Below, in pieces: positions 1 to 8,886 of a DNA stretch of 64,000 nt; the stretch's first letter is position 1, and every line of letters begins with the position of its first letter. The DNA comes from Patescibacteria group bacterium (lineage in GTDB: Bacteria; Patescibacteriota; Minisyncoccia; Phycocordibacterales; UBA918): positions 98,306 to 162,305 of the forward strand of contig JAIETH010000002.1 in the NCBI GenBank assembly GCA_019745315.1, given 5' to 3'. Made by a program: the position numbers and the translations under genes. The notes under the pieces are model-generated. The model did no database searches. It saw only the letters and a program-made list of their open reading frames with translations, and was not told the DNA's origin.

Positions 1-1723
1 CGTTTGAAACGTGGAGCGCAAAGTTTACTGATCCCAAGTTACATACCGCAGTTTCTGTTGCTGAGGTATTGAGGGTAATTTCTGTACACAGATTTGAAGT
101 GTGTACGATACCCGCATGATCTTGAGGAGAGCGAACATTTGATGGATCTTTAAAGGTAATCCATGGATGTCCTGTCTCAAAGAGAGACGCAAGCATTTTT
201 CTCCATAGATCGCGTGCCTTCATATGCTTGAAGAGCTTCATCTCTCCAGCACGAGCCATTGCTTCATACTTTGTGTAGAGTTCTTCAAACTTTTTACCGT
301 ATGTTTCGGTAAGATCTTTTGCTTCGTCTGGCGAGAAAAGTGTCCACTCCCCATCCTCTCGTACCCGCTTCATGAAAAGATCAGAGACCCATGACGCAGT
401 ATTCATGTCATGCGTGCGACGACGCTCGTCTCCTGTGTTTTTTCGAAGCTCTAGGAAGTCTTCAAAATCGTAGTGCCAGTTCTCAAGAGAAACACACGTT
501 GCACCACGTCTGCGACCAGAGCGATTGATTGCAACAGTAACGTCGTTGGCAACCTTAAGAAATGGAATAACTCCCTGACTTGTGATTCCTGAACCCTTGA
601 TGACAGCCCCCGTACCACGAAGCTTGCTCCATGAAGTACCAATACCTCCTGCCCACTTTGAGAGCTGCGCATTATCACCAAATACCTTAAAGATATGAGT
701 GAGGTCGTCCTCTACTATATTGAGATAGCATGATGAGAGCTGCGGGTGTGGCGTGCCTGAGTGGAACAATGTTGGAGTAGATGGAACAAAGCGCAATGTC
801 GACATAACGGTATAAAACTGCTCCGCACGCATTTCTTTGTGCTCCTCATTGAGTGCGATACCCATAGCAACGCGCATCCACATATACTGCGGAGTTTCAA
901 GAACTGTCTTTTCGTTGCTTCGAATGAAGTATCTGTCATTGAGTGTTTCAACTCCAAGGTATTCAAAGAGATCATCTCGCTCAGGAACCAAGAGAGTTGC
1001 AAGGTGTTCAAGATTGAAGCCAAGTATACGCTCATCAAGCTTCTTCTCTGCCACAGCCTGACGAATATTTCTTACAAACGCTGAACGGTACGAACTATCG
1101 AATGTGCTCGTTGAAAACGACTCTTTTCCAATTGCCTCTTTGTAAAGACGAGCACACAACTGGCGAGCAGCAACCTTAGCATACGCTGGATCAAGCTCAA
1201 TGCGTGCGCGGAGCACCATAGTGATCAATCGCGCAAGCTCAGATGTTTTAATATTTGCATACACCTCACGCTCAACCTGAGCGGCGATTGAATCAAGGTC
1301 TACCTCTGTTTCAAAACCACGCACAAATGATCGAAGCGACGCGAGAACTTTCTCTTTTGAAAAAGGCTCCATAACACCATTGCGCTTCTCTACCATCAAG
1401 CGGTTTTCTTCAATATCCTTCACGACACGCTCCTTTCTCTCTTTGGTGTGCTCAAAACGGTACAAAATATAGGACTTAGCAACGCGAAAGTATCCACGCT
1501 CCATCAATGTCTCCTCCACCGTATCCTGCACCTGCTCAACGGTAAGGAGTGTGTCGTGGAAAGCGCTCTCTATCTTTGCAACCACCCTATCGGTCATCTG
1601 ATCTATGACCACATCATCAATTGCTACATTTTCTGCAGCAAAAGCCTTTTTCATCACAATGATAATCTTCCCTTTATCAAAAGGGACAGTATCACCATTT
1701 CGTTTGCGTATTTCTGTGATCAT
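1..1723 (-). CDS. Ribonucleoside-diphosphate reductase large (alpha) subunit, partial: the N-terminal end is in the window and the C-terminus lies beyond base 1. It has an N-terminal ATP-cone.
   Basis: Reverse-strand translation from the ATG at 1721-1723 is continuous to base 1. It reads MITEIRKRNGDTVPFDKGKI... (ATP-cone), then ...GRRRGATCVSLENWHYDFEDFLELRKNTGDERRRTHDMNTASWVSDLFMKRV and the SNLCTEI active-site cysteine motif typical of class I/II RNR catalytic subunits. The ORF track does not list it because there is no stop inside the window. Confidence 0.85.
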   Translation of the reverse strand, partial: MITEIRKRNGDTVPFDKGKIIIVMKKAFAAENVAIDDVVIDQMTDRVVAKIESAFHDTLLTVEQVQDTVEETLMERGYFRVAKSYILYRFEHTKERKERVVKDIEENRLMVEKRNGVMEPFSKEKVLASLRSFVRGFETEVDLDSIAAQVEREVYANIKTSELARLITMVLRARIELDPAYAKVAARQLCARLYKEAIGKESFSTSTFDSSYRSAFVRNIRQAVAEKKLDERILGFNLEHLATLLVPERDDLFEYLGVETLNDRYFIRSNEKTVLETPQYMWMRVAMGIALNEEHKEMRAEQFYTVMSTLRFVPSTPTLFHSGTPHPQLSSCYLNIVEDDLTHIFKVFGDNAQLSKWAGGIGTSWSKLRGTGAVIKGSGITSQGVIPFLKVANDVTVAINRSGRRRGATCVSLENWHYDFEDFLELRKNTGDERRRTHDMNTASWVSDLFMKRVREDGEWTLFSPDEAKDLTETYGKKFEELYTKYEAMARAGEMKLFKHMKARDLWRKMLASLFETGHPWITFKDPSNVRSPQDHAGIVHTSNLCTEITLNTSATETAVCNLGSVNFALHVSN

Positions 1724-1984
1724 AGATGATTAAAATTAATATATAAAATATTTAGGGAGTCATAAGGACACCTATGGCATGTACCATAGCTGTCCTTGAG
1801 ATCCCTCCACCACACGAAGAAGAGCGTGCTTCATAGAGATTTTAGCATGCTTCAAAAAAGACGAAATTCTATCGAAAAACAAAAAGTGAGAAAGAATATA
1901 GACTTTTGGGACAATCACCTTTTTTCTCATGTGGATAACAATACCCACACGTTACATGCAAGACTTGAGTGCTTTTTAAAACCG

Positions 1985-2036
1985 TGTCACAAACAAGAAA
2001 GAGCGGCTTTTCGACCGCCCCTTCTTGTTTGTGACA
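1985..2036. terminator. Long imperfect inverted repeat/hairpin between mscL and the RNR gene, probably a bidirectional terminator
   Basis: gtgtcacaaacaagaaagagcgg...ccgccccttcttgtttgtgacac gives arms of about 22 nt immediately 3' of the mscL stop on the minus strand. Confidence 0.5.
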
Positions 2037-2042
2037 CTCTAT

Positions 2043-2432
2043 TTATCGTTTGTCACGAATCAAGTCTCGTATCTCTCCCAGAAGCCGTGCTTCGTGAGAG
2101 ATTATTTCTTTTGCATCTTCTACAATTCTTTCTTCTGCCCTCTTAAGGCGAGAAATACCTTTTACCGCCACAAAAATCACAAGCGCGATGATTAGAAAAT
2201 CAACAATGCTCTGCAGAAATAATCCGTACTGCACCACAACAGCACCGACGGTCAATGAAAGTGTTGAAAAATTCACTCCTCCCAGGAAAATGCTCAAAAA
2301 CGGCATAATAACCGTATCTACTAATGAGGAGACGATCTTGCCAAATGCAGTACCGATAATGACCGCAATCGCCAGATCAACAACGTTGCCCCGGACAGCA
2401 AAAGCTTTAAACTCTGTAATAAAAGCATTCAT
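2043..2432 (-). CDS. mscL: Large-conductance mechanosensitive channel MscL
   Basis: 129 aa, MNAFITEFKAFAVRGNVVDLAIAVIIGTAFGKIV...; two transmembrane segments and a charged C-terminal helix, the canonical MscL signature. Confidence 0.9.
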   Translation of the reverse strand: MNAFITEFKAFAVRGNVVDLAIAVIIGTAFGKIVSSLVDTVIMPFLSIFLGGVNFSTLSLTVGAVVVQYGLFLQSIVDFLIIALVIFVAVKGISRLKRAEERIVEDAKEIISHEARLLGEIRDLIRDKR

Positions 2433-2564
2433 ATAGCTATACCTAAAAAAGCTGCGCTAAATAAAAGCCAAACCCTGCCCCAATCGCAAACGAAAATACG
2501 CATGCAAAAATAATGTCATTTTTTCCCATTCCCATATTCTACCAGAGAGATACCTTGAAATCAT

Positions 2565-4124
2565 TTAATTATTTTTAGCAAAATACTCCTGAGCTATCTC
2601 TCGATACATATCCCGCTTCTCTTTCGACATTTTCTCGAGTAATTTAGGCATCATTGAGAGGCGGTGCTGTGAAGCGAAGAAGTCTCTGCGCTTTGCAATA
2701 AAGCTCCAATACAATGCTGTCCAAAGATCTTCCCATGACCCAGCTTTATACTTCGACATCTTTTTTATATAGCTACTTCCTGATATATAGGGCTTGGTAG
2801 CAAAAGTACCGCCGTCTGCAAACTGACTCATGCCATACACATTCGGAACCATAACCCAATCATAGGCATCAACATACATCGCCATAAACCATCGACACAC
2901 TTCATCCGGATGAGTTTCCGTAAGGAGCATAAAGTTGCCTATCACCATCAAGCGCTCGATGTGGTGACTATACCCCCATGAAAGAGCTCTGTTTATTGCT
3001 GAATCGAGAGGAACAACGCCAGTAGCACCCTTCCAGAAGCTTTCTCCCAAGGCTCTTGTGTGATTCCAAAAGTTTTTACTTCGCATACTCACTCCGTCGC
3101 ATTCGTAGCTTGCGCGAATAAACTCTCTCCATCCAATAACCTGCCGCACAAAACCTTCAATATTATTAAATTCAATATCATGCTTTTCTCCATACTCTAT
3201 GGCAGCCGATATAACTTCCTGTGGCGTCAATAGTCCACTATTCAGAAGTGGCGAGAGAGTTGAATGAAAGAGTCGCACATGATCCGTCTCAATGGCATCT
3301 TCAAAATCACCAAAATGCTGTAGTCTCTCCGTAATAAAAGCGTGGAGGTATTTTTGAGCGCCCTCATGAGTCCACGGTATCCATACCCTCGTGTCCCCAT
3401 AGCGCTCCGCACGAATTGTTGCAAGCCACTCTAATGCATCTTGTATCTCAGCACTCTCTGCATATTCGCTAATATCGTCAGGCAACAAAAAATCTTTAGG
3501 GATTTTTTTCCTATTTTCTGTGTCAAAACTCCATTCACCATAAAGAGGCGCAGCATCTTCCGTGACTAGTATTTTTTTATCGATACGAAGTTGTTTGTAA
3601 AAGCGGGCCATATGCTTCCCGCTCTTTTGGTAGCGCGTAACAGCTTCTTCTTTGGGTAGCATAAAGAGAGGTGATTCATATCGAACACGAATCAACTTAT
3701 GACGGCGAGACGACTCCTCTATACGCCGTTCAAGCCAATTATCCGTGGTGTCTACAATATGCACATGAGTGACCCCCTCTTTTGCGAGAATACCAAATAC
3801 ACTCGCAGTAGTACTCAAGTTCGCACTATCGAGATACACCACATCAAAGCCCTCACTTTGAAGTCGGCACTTATACGCTTGCATCGAAAGCCTATGGAGA
3901 AGTAACTTCTGAGTATGTATAGGAAACTCCGTGAGAAACAGAGATTCTTCAACTATATAAATAGTTCGCCCCTTCTCGATCGCTGGATGTTTTAAAAAGA
4001 GCTGATGCGGATATACGATTGTGACAGCCTTCATTGCAGTGAGTATACTAGAAATACCAATGCCTAAAAAACTGACAGAGACCAAGTTGTGTGTTGCCTG
4101 CAAGCTTCCCTTCTCCAACCGCAA
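2565..4124 (-). CDS. Cryptochrome/photolyase-family 'photolyase-related protein' (COG3046/TIGR03556-like). The true start is possibly an internal Met (MKAVTIVYPHQLF), about 30 codons in.
   Basis: 519 aa with a FAD-binding photolyase-like C-terminal half (WREF, DAYDWVMVPNVYGMSQFADGG, KPYISGSSYI) and an N-terminal alpha/beta domain; sits next to a TIGR03643-like gene. Confidence 0.75.
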   Translation of the reverse strand: MRLEKGSLQATHNLVSVSFLGIGISSILTAMKAVTIVYPHQLFLKHPAIEKGRTIYIVEESLFLTEFPIHTQKLLLHRLSMQAYKCRLQSEGFDVVYLDSANLSTTASVFGILAKEGVTHVHIVDTTDNWLERRIEESSRRHKLIRVRYESPLFMLPKEEAVTRYQKSGKHMARFYKQLRIDKKILVTEDAAPLYGEWSFDTENRKKIPKDFLLPDDISEYAESAEIQDALEWLATIRAERYGDTRVWIPWTHEGAQKYLHAFITERLQHFGDFEDAIETDHVRLFHSTLSPLLNSGLLTPQEVISAAIEYGEKHDIEFNNIEGFVRQVIGWREFIRASYECDGVSMRSKNFWNHTRALGESFWKGATGVVPLDSAINRALSWGYSHHIERLMVIGNFMLLTETHPDEVCRWFMAMYVDAYDWVMVPNVYGMSQFADGGTFATKPYISGSSYIKKMSKYKAGSWEDLWTALYWSFIAKRRDFFASQHRLSMMPKLLEKMSKEKRDMYREIAQEYFAKNN

Positions 4125-4213
4125 GCGCTGGAGCAGCCGAAAGCAGTGGGATGAAGTACGCTTTTGCTCGGAACGATGTAGAAAAGCAAAGTAATGACAC
4201 CTATCAAGATAGG

Positions 4214-4468
4214 TTACACAGCAAATTTTAGTCGTCGAGAGGTAACCTTTGAGTACGCTTCATGCTTACTACCTGCACCAGCTCTCCGACGTACTCGCTC
4301 TCGCCAACGTCGATACGAATTATGTGATTGGTGAACCCTCATAAAACGCACGAGCTCATTCTCATTCAAACCCCACTCTCGATGTATGACCTCATACGAA
4401 ATACTATCAGCCCATGCCATGAGAATAATATGCTCGACTTCACTTGGAGTAAAATTTCTTTTATTCAT
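4214..4468 (-). CDS. TIGR03643/DUF2805-family small protein, the usual partner of photolyase-related proteins. The start is taken at the internal Met MNKRNFTPSEVEHI.
   Basis: MNKRNFTPSEVEHIILMAWADSISYEVIHREWGLNENELVRFMRV is the conserved core of this family; the upstream 50 codons of the listed ORF look non-coding. Confidence 0.65.
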   Translation of the reverse strand: MNKRNFTPSEVEHIILMAWADSISYEVIHREWGLNENELVRFMRVHQSHNSYRRWRERVRRRAGAGSKHEAYSKVTSRRLKFAV

Positions 4469-4485
4469 ACTTTTTTCGAGTAATT

Positions 4486-4980
4486 TTGTATTATATACCG
4501 ATGCGTAAACTATGGAATCGTCCAAGCGTCCCAGTGTGGAGTCTTGTAACTCGAGATACAGATGGGAACATAAATATGAATATTTGTACGTATGTAACGA
4601 GCATATCGCTGCAACCAAAACTCATGCTAATTGCTCTCTATGCAGGCACAAAGACACTCAAAAATGTACTAGAAACCAAACAGGGTCTCCTGCAACTCTT
4701 AACAGAAGAACTGGCTCCTGTAGTCCGAGTATGTGGACGCACAACAGGCCATACGACTGATAAAATAGCGCGCCTGAAAAAACGGTATCTCCTAAGTGAA
4801 GTCGACGGCTTTTTGTATTTTACTCAAGCAGCTGGATATGTGACTCTCTCTTTTAAAGATGTGATCTCGACCGAAGGAGATCACATACTTGCGATCGCCG
4901 AGGTAATACATACAAAAAATCTGAATGACCTACCCCTCCTCACAACAGACTACCTCAAGAAACATAAATTCGTTCGGTAA
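4486..4980 (+). CDS. Flavin reductase-like (FMN-binding split-barrel) domain protein
   Basis: Motif VPVWSLVTRDTDGNINMNICTYVTSISLQPKLMLIAL resembles the flavin reductase/DIM6-NTAB family. Confidence 0.5.
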   Translation: MYYIPMRKLWNRPSVPVWSLVTRDTDGNINMNICTYVTSISLQPKLMLIALYAGTKTLKNVLETKQGLLQLLTEELAPVVRVCGRTTGHTTDKIARLKKRYLLSEVDGFLYFTQAAGYVTLSFKDVISTEGDHILAIAEVIHTKNLNDLPLLTTDYLKKHKFVR

Positions 4981-5010
4981 AAATTTGCATTGAGATGTAC
5001 CAGCGAGCAA

Positions 5011-5030
5011 AAAGCCCCTTTCGGGGCTCT
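5011..5030 (+). terminator. GC hairpin (agcccc-tttc-ggggct) 3' of the flavin reductase gene; a weak terminator candidate with no strong T-run
   Basis: perfect 6-bp GC stem with a 4-nt loop. Confidence 0.3.
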
Positions 5031-5039
5031 CGCAAATGT

Positions 5040-5059
5040 CTGGGCGGCTACAGTGAATC
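5040..5059 (-). repeat. Direct partial copy (20 bp, 1 mismatch) of the 3' end of tRNA-His
   Basis: ctgggcggctacagTgaatc here versus ctgggcggctacagGgaatc at 5218-5237. Confidence 0.8.
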
Positions 5060-5154
5060 CTCCTTTCCCAAATAATTTCTGTCGTGAACGACTTAGAAAT
5101 TATTCTCCTTAGGAGCCTAGAACTTTTGCTCAGACCAATGGCGCAAAAGTTTCC

Positions 5155-5177
5155 TTCGATTCCCTGTAGTCCTGCCC
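5155..5177 (+). repeat. Inverted partial copy of the tRNA-His T-arm/acceptor 3' half (ttcgattccctgtagtcctgccc)
   Basis: matches tRNA-His 3' half GGTTCGATTCCCTGTAGCCGCCC but sits on the opposite strand. Confidence 0.65.
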
Positions 5178-5220
5178 TTCATCACAAAACCTGACCATAT
5201 GGTCAGGTTTTGTTCTTCTG

Positions 5221-5293
5221 GGCGGCTACAGGGAATCGAACCCTGATTGAGGGCTCCACAAGCCCCAGTGTTAACCGTTACACCATAGCCGCC
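5221..5293 (-). tRNA. tRNA-His (anticodon GTG) with genomically encoded G-1
   Basis: Reverse complement reads G-1/GCGGCTA...TAGCCGC/C73. D-arm is GTGT/AACGGTTA/ACAC, anticodon stem-loop GGGGC-TTGTGGA-GCCCT, T-arm CAGGG-TTCGATT-CCCTG. CCA is not encoded. Confidence 0.85.
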
Positions 5294-5414
5294 ATCTCTC
5301 AACACCCCAATATAGAGGTATCTATTTATAACGATTTTACAGCTAAAAGTCGAGGACTCGCGTATCTATACTCAAAAACAAAAAGAGCCGACCGAAGTCG
5401 GATCTTTTTATTAG

Positions 5415-5496
5415 TGCCCAGGACTGGACTTGAACCAGCATGCAATTACGCGCTACCACCTCAAGGTAGTGGGTCTACCAATTTCCCCACCTGGGC
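5415..5496 (-). tRNA. tRNA-Leu (anticodon GAG), long variable arm
   Basis: Reverse complement reads GCCCAGG TG GGG...CCC A CTACC-TTGAGGT-GGTAG with a 13-nt variable arm, GCTGG-TTCAAGT-CCAGT and CCTGGGC A. Confidence 0.85.
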
Positions 5497-5551
5497 AACA
5501 TGCGCATCTCTACGCCGTAGCATTATGCACAAAAAACCATTTAGTATCAAG

Positions 5552-5583
5552 AAAAAAACGGAGCGTGTGCTCCGTTTTTTTCT
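5552..5583. terminator. Intrinsic terminator 3' of rplS (bidirectional hairpin)
   Basis: aaaaaaacggagc-gtgt-gctccgttttttt. Confidence 0.75.
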
Positions 5584-6180
5584 TTATACTACCTCTTCTT
5601 TCTTTTCTTCTGTCGGAGTCTCTTCTGGAGCTTCAGCAGGAACTTCTGGTTCTGGAGTATTGAGAGCTTCTTCTGCGGCCACGCGAGCTGCTTCGGCCTC
5701 CTCTGCAGCCTTGGCTTCAGCAGCGAGCGCTGCTGCCTTAGCCTCTTCTTCTGCCTTGTCTGCAGCGGCTTTTGCTACCCTCTTCTGCTCCACTTCAACA
5801 CCGCTTTCTGTTGCAAGAGATGCATTGGTCATACGGCGCATGAGACGACGAGCCTCACGAGCAACTTTCTCACGAATATGATAGAGCTTTGAACGTCGCA
5901 CTTTTGCGCGGCGGATAATCTCGATTTTGTCGATAAGTGGAGAATAGAGCGGAAAAATCTTCTCTACACCAATACCATCTACCACCTTTCGAACGGTAAA
6001 AGTACCTCCTGCTTCGTTTCCATGCTTACGAGCAAGCACAAGACCTTCGAAAAGCTGGATACGTGTCTTCCCTTTATCCTGAATCTTCTGATATACGCGA
6101 ACAGTATCGCCAGACTTGATGCCGATACTTGTGCGGTCCTCCATATTTACCGGAGAAATGATGACGCCTGTAGTGTTCAT
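5584..6180 (-). CDS. rplS: 50S ribosomal protein L19, with a roughly 70-aa Ala/Glu/Lys-rich low-complexity C-terminal extension. Start taken at MNTTGV.
   Basis: GDTVRVYQKIQDKGKTRIQLFEGLVLARKHGNEAGGTFTVRKVVDGIGVEKIFPLYSPLIDKIEIIRRAKVRRSKLY is a canonical L19 core; the tail reads AKAAADKAEEEAKAAALAAEAKAAEEAEAARVAAEEAL... Confidence 0.9.
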   Translation of the reverse strand: MNTTGVIISPVNMEDRTSIGIKSGDTVRVYQKIQDKGKTRIQLFEGLVLARKHGNEAGGTFTVRKVVDGIGVEKIFPLYSPLIDKIEIIRRAKVRRSKLYHIREKVAREARRLMRRMTNASLATESGVEVEQKRVAKAAADKAEEEAKAAALAAEAKAAEEAEAARVAAEEALNTPEPEVPAEAPEETPTEEKKEEVV

Positions 6181-6258
6181 ATAAACTATAAAATAGTACG
6201 CGGTACTGTACCACATGGTGATAAAAGCTGCAATCTTAAGGACTTTGTCGAGAAACCC

Positions 6259-6999
6259 CTAAGAAACCTTGCCTGCCCCGCCGTCAGCATCCATGACTTT
6301 CAGCGCTCGCTCAAACTCATCTGGGAGAGGAGCAATAAATGTCTGCTCTCCAGCGCTCGGAAGCATAATTTTCAGAGAATATGCATGAAGTGCAAGTCTC
6401 CCAAAACCTAAATCGCACGGAAATGTAGGCGCATAGAGCTGATCGCACACAATAGGATGGTTGATTGCCTTGAGATGTACACGAATCTGGTGCGTTCGAC
6501 CTGTCTTTGGCATCACACGCAGATACGCATGTGTGCCACTCTGACGTATCAGCTCCCAGTTAGTAACTGCCGGACGCAAGAGTCCTCGCGCGCCACGCTG
6601 CGCTGAGCGTTGACGAAAGTCTTTTGAGCTTCGACCTATTGGTCTATCGATAGTGCCCCACTCTTTTTTCATCGTGCCATATACACATGTTCTATACTCC
6701 TTCTCTACAAGTCGATCATGAAATTGTGCCTTAAGATGGAGAAAAACATCTTGTGTTTTTGCAAGAATCATCACTCCTGAAGTCTCTCGGTCAAGTCTAT
6801 GCACAATTCCCGATCGCGGTAGCGAGGCTCCATCACGCAGTCGCTCAACCTCACCTACACCATAGGAATCCGGGGAACGCTCTAAAAACCAGTCAACAAG
6901 TGTCGCTTCAGTACTCGCCTCAGTATCCTTATGTACCAACATGCCCCACGGCTTATTAACCACCAGCACGTCAGCGTCTTCGTATATAACGGTAACCAT
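6259..6999 (-). CDS. RluA-family 23S rRNA/tRNA pseudouridine synthase
   Basis: HRLDRETSGVMILAKT catalytic-Asp motif with the RluA-family core; no S4 domain. Confidence 0.85.
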   Translation of the reverse strand: MVTVIYEDADVLVVNKPWGMLVHKDTEASTEATLVDWFLERSPDSYGVGEVERLRDGASLPRSGIVHRLDRETSGVMILAKTQDVFLHLKAQFHDRLVEKEYRTCVYGTMKKEWGTIDRPIGRSSKDFRQRSAQRGARGLLRPAVTNWELIRQSGTHAYLRVMPKTGRTHQIRVHLKAINHPIVCDQLYAPTFPCDLGFGRLALHAYSLKIMLPSAGEQTFIAPLPDEFERALKVMDADGGAGKVS

Positions 7000-7007
7000 A
7001 CCTAAGA

Positions 7008-7694
7008 CTATATACCAAAATTGCGTTTTCGTGCGCTATAGCTCTCCAAAATTTCTAGAAACTCCTTTTCGGTAAATGCTGGCCATTCCGTTTTGGTAAA
7101 AAATAATTCGCTATAGACTGACTGCCATGGCAAAAAATTAGAAAGCCTCATCTCTCCTCCTGTTCGTATGATTAAATCGGGGTCAGGAATCCCTGCTGTC
7201 CATAAGTGAGACGCAAAGGTTTCTTCCGTCACCTCTTTTTCATCTTTCATTTTCTTTATCGCCTCAAGTATTTCAAGCCTTCCTCCATACGAAACCGCAA
7301 TATTCACAGTACGAACCTCCACGTGTGCAGTTCTGTGCTCCAGTGATTCCATTAACACTTGTGTGTCCAGAGAAAAACGCGTGCGGTCTCCTATAAAACG
7401 AACACGTACAGGATTTTCTAGATCACTGCATATTTTTTCTGCATCATGTATTAAAAATGTCTGAAAAAGCTTCAGCAAGTGACCAACCTCATCTTCTCCT
7501 CGTTTCCAGTTCTCAGTCGAAAACGCATACGCAACAACATGAGTAACTCCTGCCGTCTTCGCCCAACCCAAAAAATCCTTGAACCGCGCATATCCTTCAG
7601 TGTGACCTTCAAAAGAACGACGCTCATGAGCACGTGCCCAACGCCTATTGCCATCCATAATCACCCCAATGCACGCAGGAATAACACTATCCAT
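7008..7694 (-). CDS. uppS: Undecaprenyl diphosphate synthase (cis-isoprenyl transferase). Start taken at MDSVIPACIGVIMDGNRRWA.
   Basis: IMDGNRRWA, AFSTENWKR and SNFLPWQS motifs. Confidence 0.9.
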   Translation of the reverse strand: MDSVIPACIGVIMDGNRRWARAHERRSFEGHTEGYARFKDFLGWAKTAGVTHVVAYAFSTENWKRGEDEVGHLLKLFQTFLIHDAEKICSDLENPVRVRFIGDRTRFSLDTQVLMESLEHRTAHVEVRTVNIAVSYGGRLEILEAIKKMKDEKEVTEETFASHLWTAGIPDPDLIIRTGGEMRLSNFLPWQSVYSELFFTKTEWPAFTEKEFLEILESYSARKRNFGI

Positions 7695-7695
7695 A

Positions 7696-7974
7696 TTAGA
7701 CGTATACAATAGTGAAATCGTCAAAATGACCTGATGGTGCGCGCCAGTCAACCGCAACAGAGTCCACACGAGAAAGGATCGACCCCTCATGAAGCAGTTC
7801 GATATAACGCCTCAATGTATCTGGCTCCCCTTGTGCCACCACCTCTACCGATCCATCGGGTAAATTCTTCACCCACCCAACAAGATCAAAACCTCGAGCC
7901 TTGCGTTGCGCAAAATCTCGAAACATAACCATTTGCACCCTACCTTCTATACGACAGTGAATTTCCTCAAACAT
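7696..7974 (-). CDS. acyP: Acylphosphatase
   Basis: MFEEIHCRIEGRVQMVMFRDFAQRKARGFDLVGWVKNLPDGSVEVVAQGE is the acylphosphatase signature. Confidence 0.8.
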   Translation of the reverse strand: MFEEIHCRIEGRVQMVMFRDFAQRKARGFDLVGWVKNLPDGSVEVVAQGEPDTLRRYIELLHEGSILSRVDSVAVDWRAPSGHFDDFTIVYV

Positions 7975-8073
7975 ATAAATAGTTCCCTTACTGTACATTG
8001 TTTTTAGAAAGATTCATATTTAAAAAAACACCATACTCTCCTAAAAGTATGATGTTTGCAGAAATTTCACAGA

Positions 8074-8340
8074 CTAGCAGCATCGACGATCGTTGCGGCG
8101 ATGGTCGTTTCTACGGTTGGTACCACTTCGTTCGCGAGCACGCTGGTTCTGCTCTCGCCAGCTTTCTGGCCCCATGTCGCGCCACTGGGTACCAGTGCGA
8201 GGATCATAGATATATTCTCCTGAACCCTGGTAGCCACGTCCGTACCCTCGGTAATCTGTAACGGTATTAACGATCTTAAGTTCACCACAACCCGGGAGCA
8301 AGATCACGACGAGCACAAAAAGTGCGGTGCGGTATGACAT
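8074..8340 (-). CDS. Small predicted lipoprotein (signal peptide plus LPGC lipobox), hypothetical
   Basis: MSYRTALFVLVVILLPGC..., Arg/Asn-rich C-terminus. Confidence 0.45.
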   Translation of the reverse strand: MSYRTALFVLVVILLPGCGELKIVNTVTDYRGYGRGYQGSGEYIYDPRTGTQWRDMGPESWREQNQRARERSGTNRRNDHRRNDRRCC

Positions 8341-8450
8341 GGACGATTTCTCCCTTTCTGAATAAATTATACTATATTTATAGTAATTTGTCTATATATT
8401 CGCAAAAAGAAATTGAATAAATCTAATAACCGTGTACAATCGTATGCGTA

Positions 8451-8523
8451 GGGCGATTAGCTCAGTTGGTAGAGCGGCTCATTTACACTGAGATGGTCGG
8501 GGGTTCAAGTCCCTCATCGCCCA
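8451..8523 (+). tRNA. tRNA-Val (anticodon TAC)
   Basis: GGGCGAT TA GCTC AGTTGGTA GAGC...TTTACAC...GGGGG-TTCAAGT-CCCTC ATCGCCC A; close to E. coli tRNA-Val(UAC). Confidence 0.85.
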
Positions 8524-8530
8524 CAAATAC

Positions 8531-8566
8531 AAAAAGACAGGCCTCACGCCTGTCTTTTTGTATTTT
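8531..8566. terminator. Intrinsic terminator after tRNA-Val
   Basis: aaaaagacaggc-ctcac-gcctgtctttttgtatttt. Confidence 0.8.
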
Positions 8567-8706
8567 GCGATAAGGGACTTGAAGAGCGGAAGAAAACAGT
8601 CTGGGAGACTGTTTTCTGAGCTGGGGTCGAGAGCACTTAGACTTTTGCGAATACTTGGAGCAAAAGTCTAAGTGACTCGTGACCAAGCCCTCTCAATCGA
8701 GCCTCG

Positions 8707-8752
8707 CTTTCTCGGTCGGTAACTCACCTTGTTCGTGTCCTCCCGGCAGGAA
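8707..8752 (-). repeat. 46-bp perfect direct repeat, copy 1. It comprises the 3'-terminal 15 nt of tRNA-Arg(TCT) plus 31 bp of its 3' flank, and continues into a degenerate T-arm-like sequence.
   Basis: ctttctcggtcggtaactcaccttgttcgtgtcctcccggcaggaa is identical at 8856-8901. Confidence 0.85.
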
Positions 8753-8827
8753 GTTCGAAGTTTACAACTTCAGTACAGGTTGTCGCCATTTTGATTCGTA
8801 AAAACTCTCAAAATTGCTGGCAACCTT

Positions 8828-8847
8828 TTCGATTCCTGCACGAAAGC
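8828..8847 (+). repeat. Inverted T-arm-like fragment TTCGATTCCTGCACGAAAGC, related to the tRNA-Arg T-arm and to 15388-15410
   Basis: The sequence TTCGATTCCTGCACG[A/G]AAGC recurs, inverted, downstream of both tRNA-Arg genes. Confidence 0.6.
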
Positions 8848-8886
8848 ACCCCGTACTTTCTCGGTCGGTAACTCACCTTGTTCGTG

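Noticed and set aside
761-1729. Several + strand ORFs of 74-107 aa (761-1084, 837-1061, 1448-1729) and minus-strand ORFs 451-681 and 715-1038
   Set aside because: All lie inside, or in alternative frames of, the ribonucleotide reductase gene. Only the long minus-strand frame ending at base 1 carries RNR motifs.
1724-1800. Possible NrdR box upstream of the RNR gene
   Set aside because: The AT-rich sequence (ttatatattaattttaat) has no clear 16-bp NrdR-type palindrome, and no nrdR gene is in the window.
5210-5881. 223-aa + strand ORF
   Set aside because: It runs through tRNA-His, tRNA-Leu and a terminator, then antisense through the low-complexity tail of rplS. The Ala/Ser repeat translation is an antisense artefact.
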